From Nemertoderma westbladi (lineage: Eukaryota > Animalia > Xenacoelomorpha), in assembly GCA_032718475.1 (NCBI GenBank), contig JAUCBJ010005413.1, positions 1 through 44,720 of the forward strand: a stretch of DNA of 44,720 nucleotides, given 5' to 3'. A program made the translations under genes and the position numbers. Positions 44,667 through 44,720 of the stretch are shown here, one piece after another. The notes below the pieces were generated by a model. It had not been told where the DNA came from. It did not search any database and saw only the letters and a list, made by a program, of their open reading frames with translations. Every line of letters starts with the position of its first letter. Position 1 is the first letter of the stretch.

Positions 44667-44720
44667 GTTAGTATAAATTAACAACATAACACATCATAAC
44701 ACCCCCCAGATCTCACGGTC

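Overview
AT-rich, intron-containing animal (probably invertebrate) genomic DNA, not prokaryotic. Three large paralogous genes with intronless ORFs encode single-pass Ig/FN3 cell-surface proteins: A 6210-10544 (-), B 22894-27039 (+) and C 31658-36709 (-). Each has a signal peptide, 7-9 Ig domains, 4 FN3 domains (the last split by a conserved 10-Cys insert), a TM helix and a short tail. A and B are a mosaic of near-identical and strongly diverged blocks, and C has internally multiplied Ig domains. From 39270 to the window end lie 11 phase-consistent exons of the C-terminal part of a Piezo mechanosensitive channel (+). I found no upstream Piezo exons in the preceding 39 kb, so the receptor cluster may be nested in a giant Piezo intron. 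A 36-bp in-frame minisatellite multiplies a Piezo splice donor. The rest is transposon debris and tandem arrays: a deleted Mutator-like transposase, a long-TIR element with a nested LINE, three RTE-like LINE fragments, a Helentron/DINE-like element, a foldback MITE, and 14-, 32-, 35- and 45-bp arrays. All calls were made by eye, without database searches.
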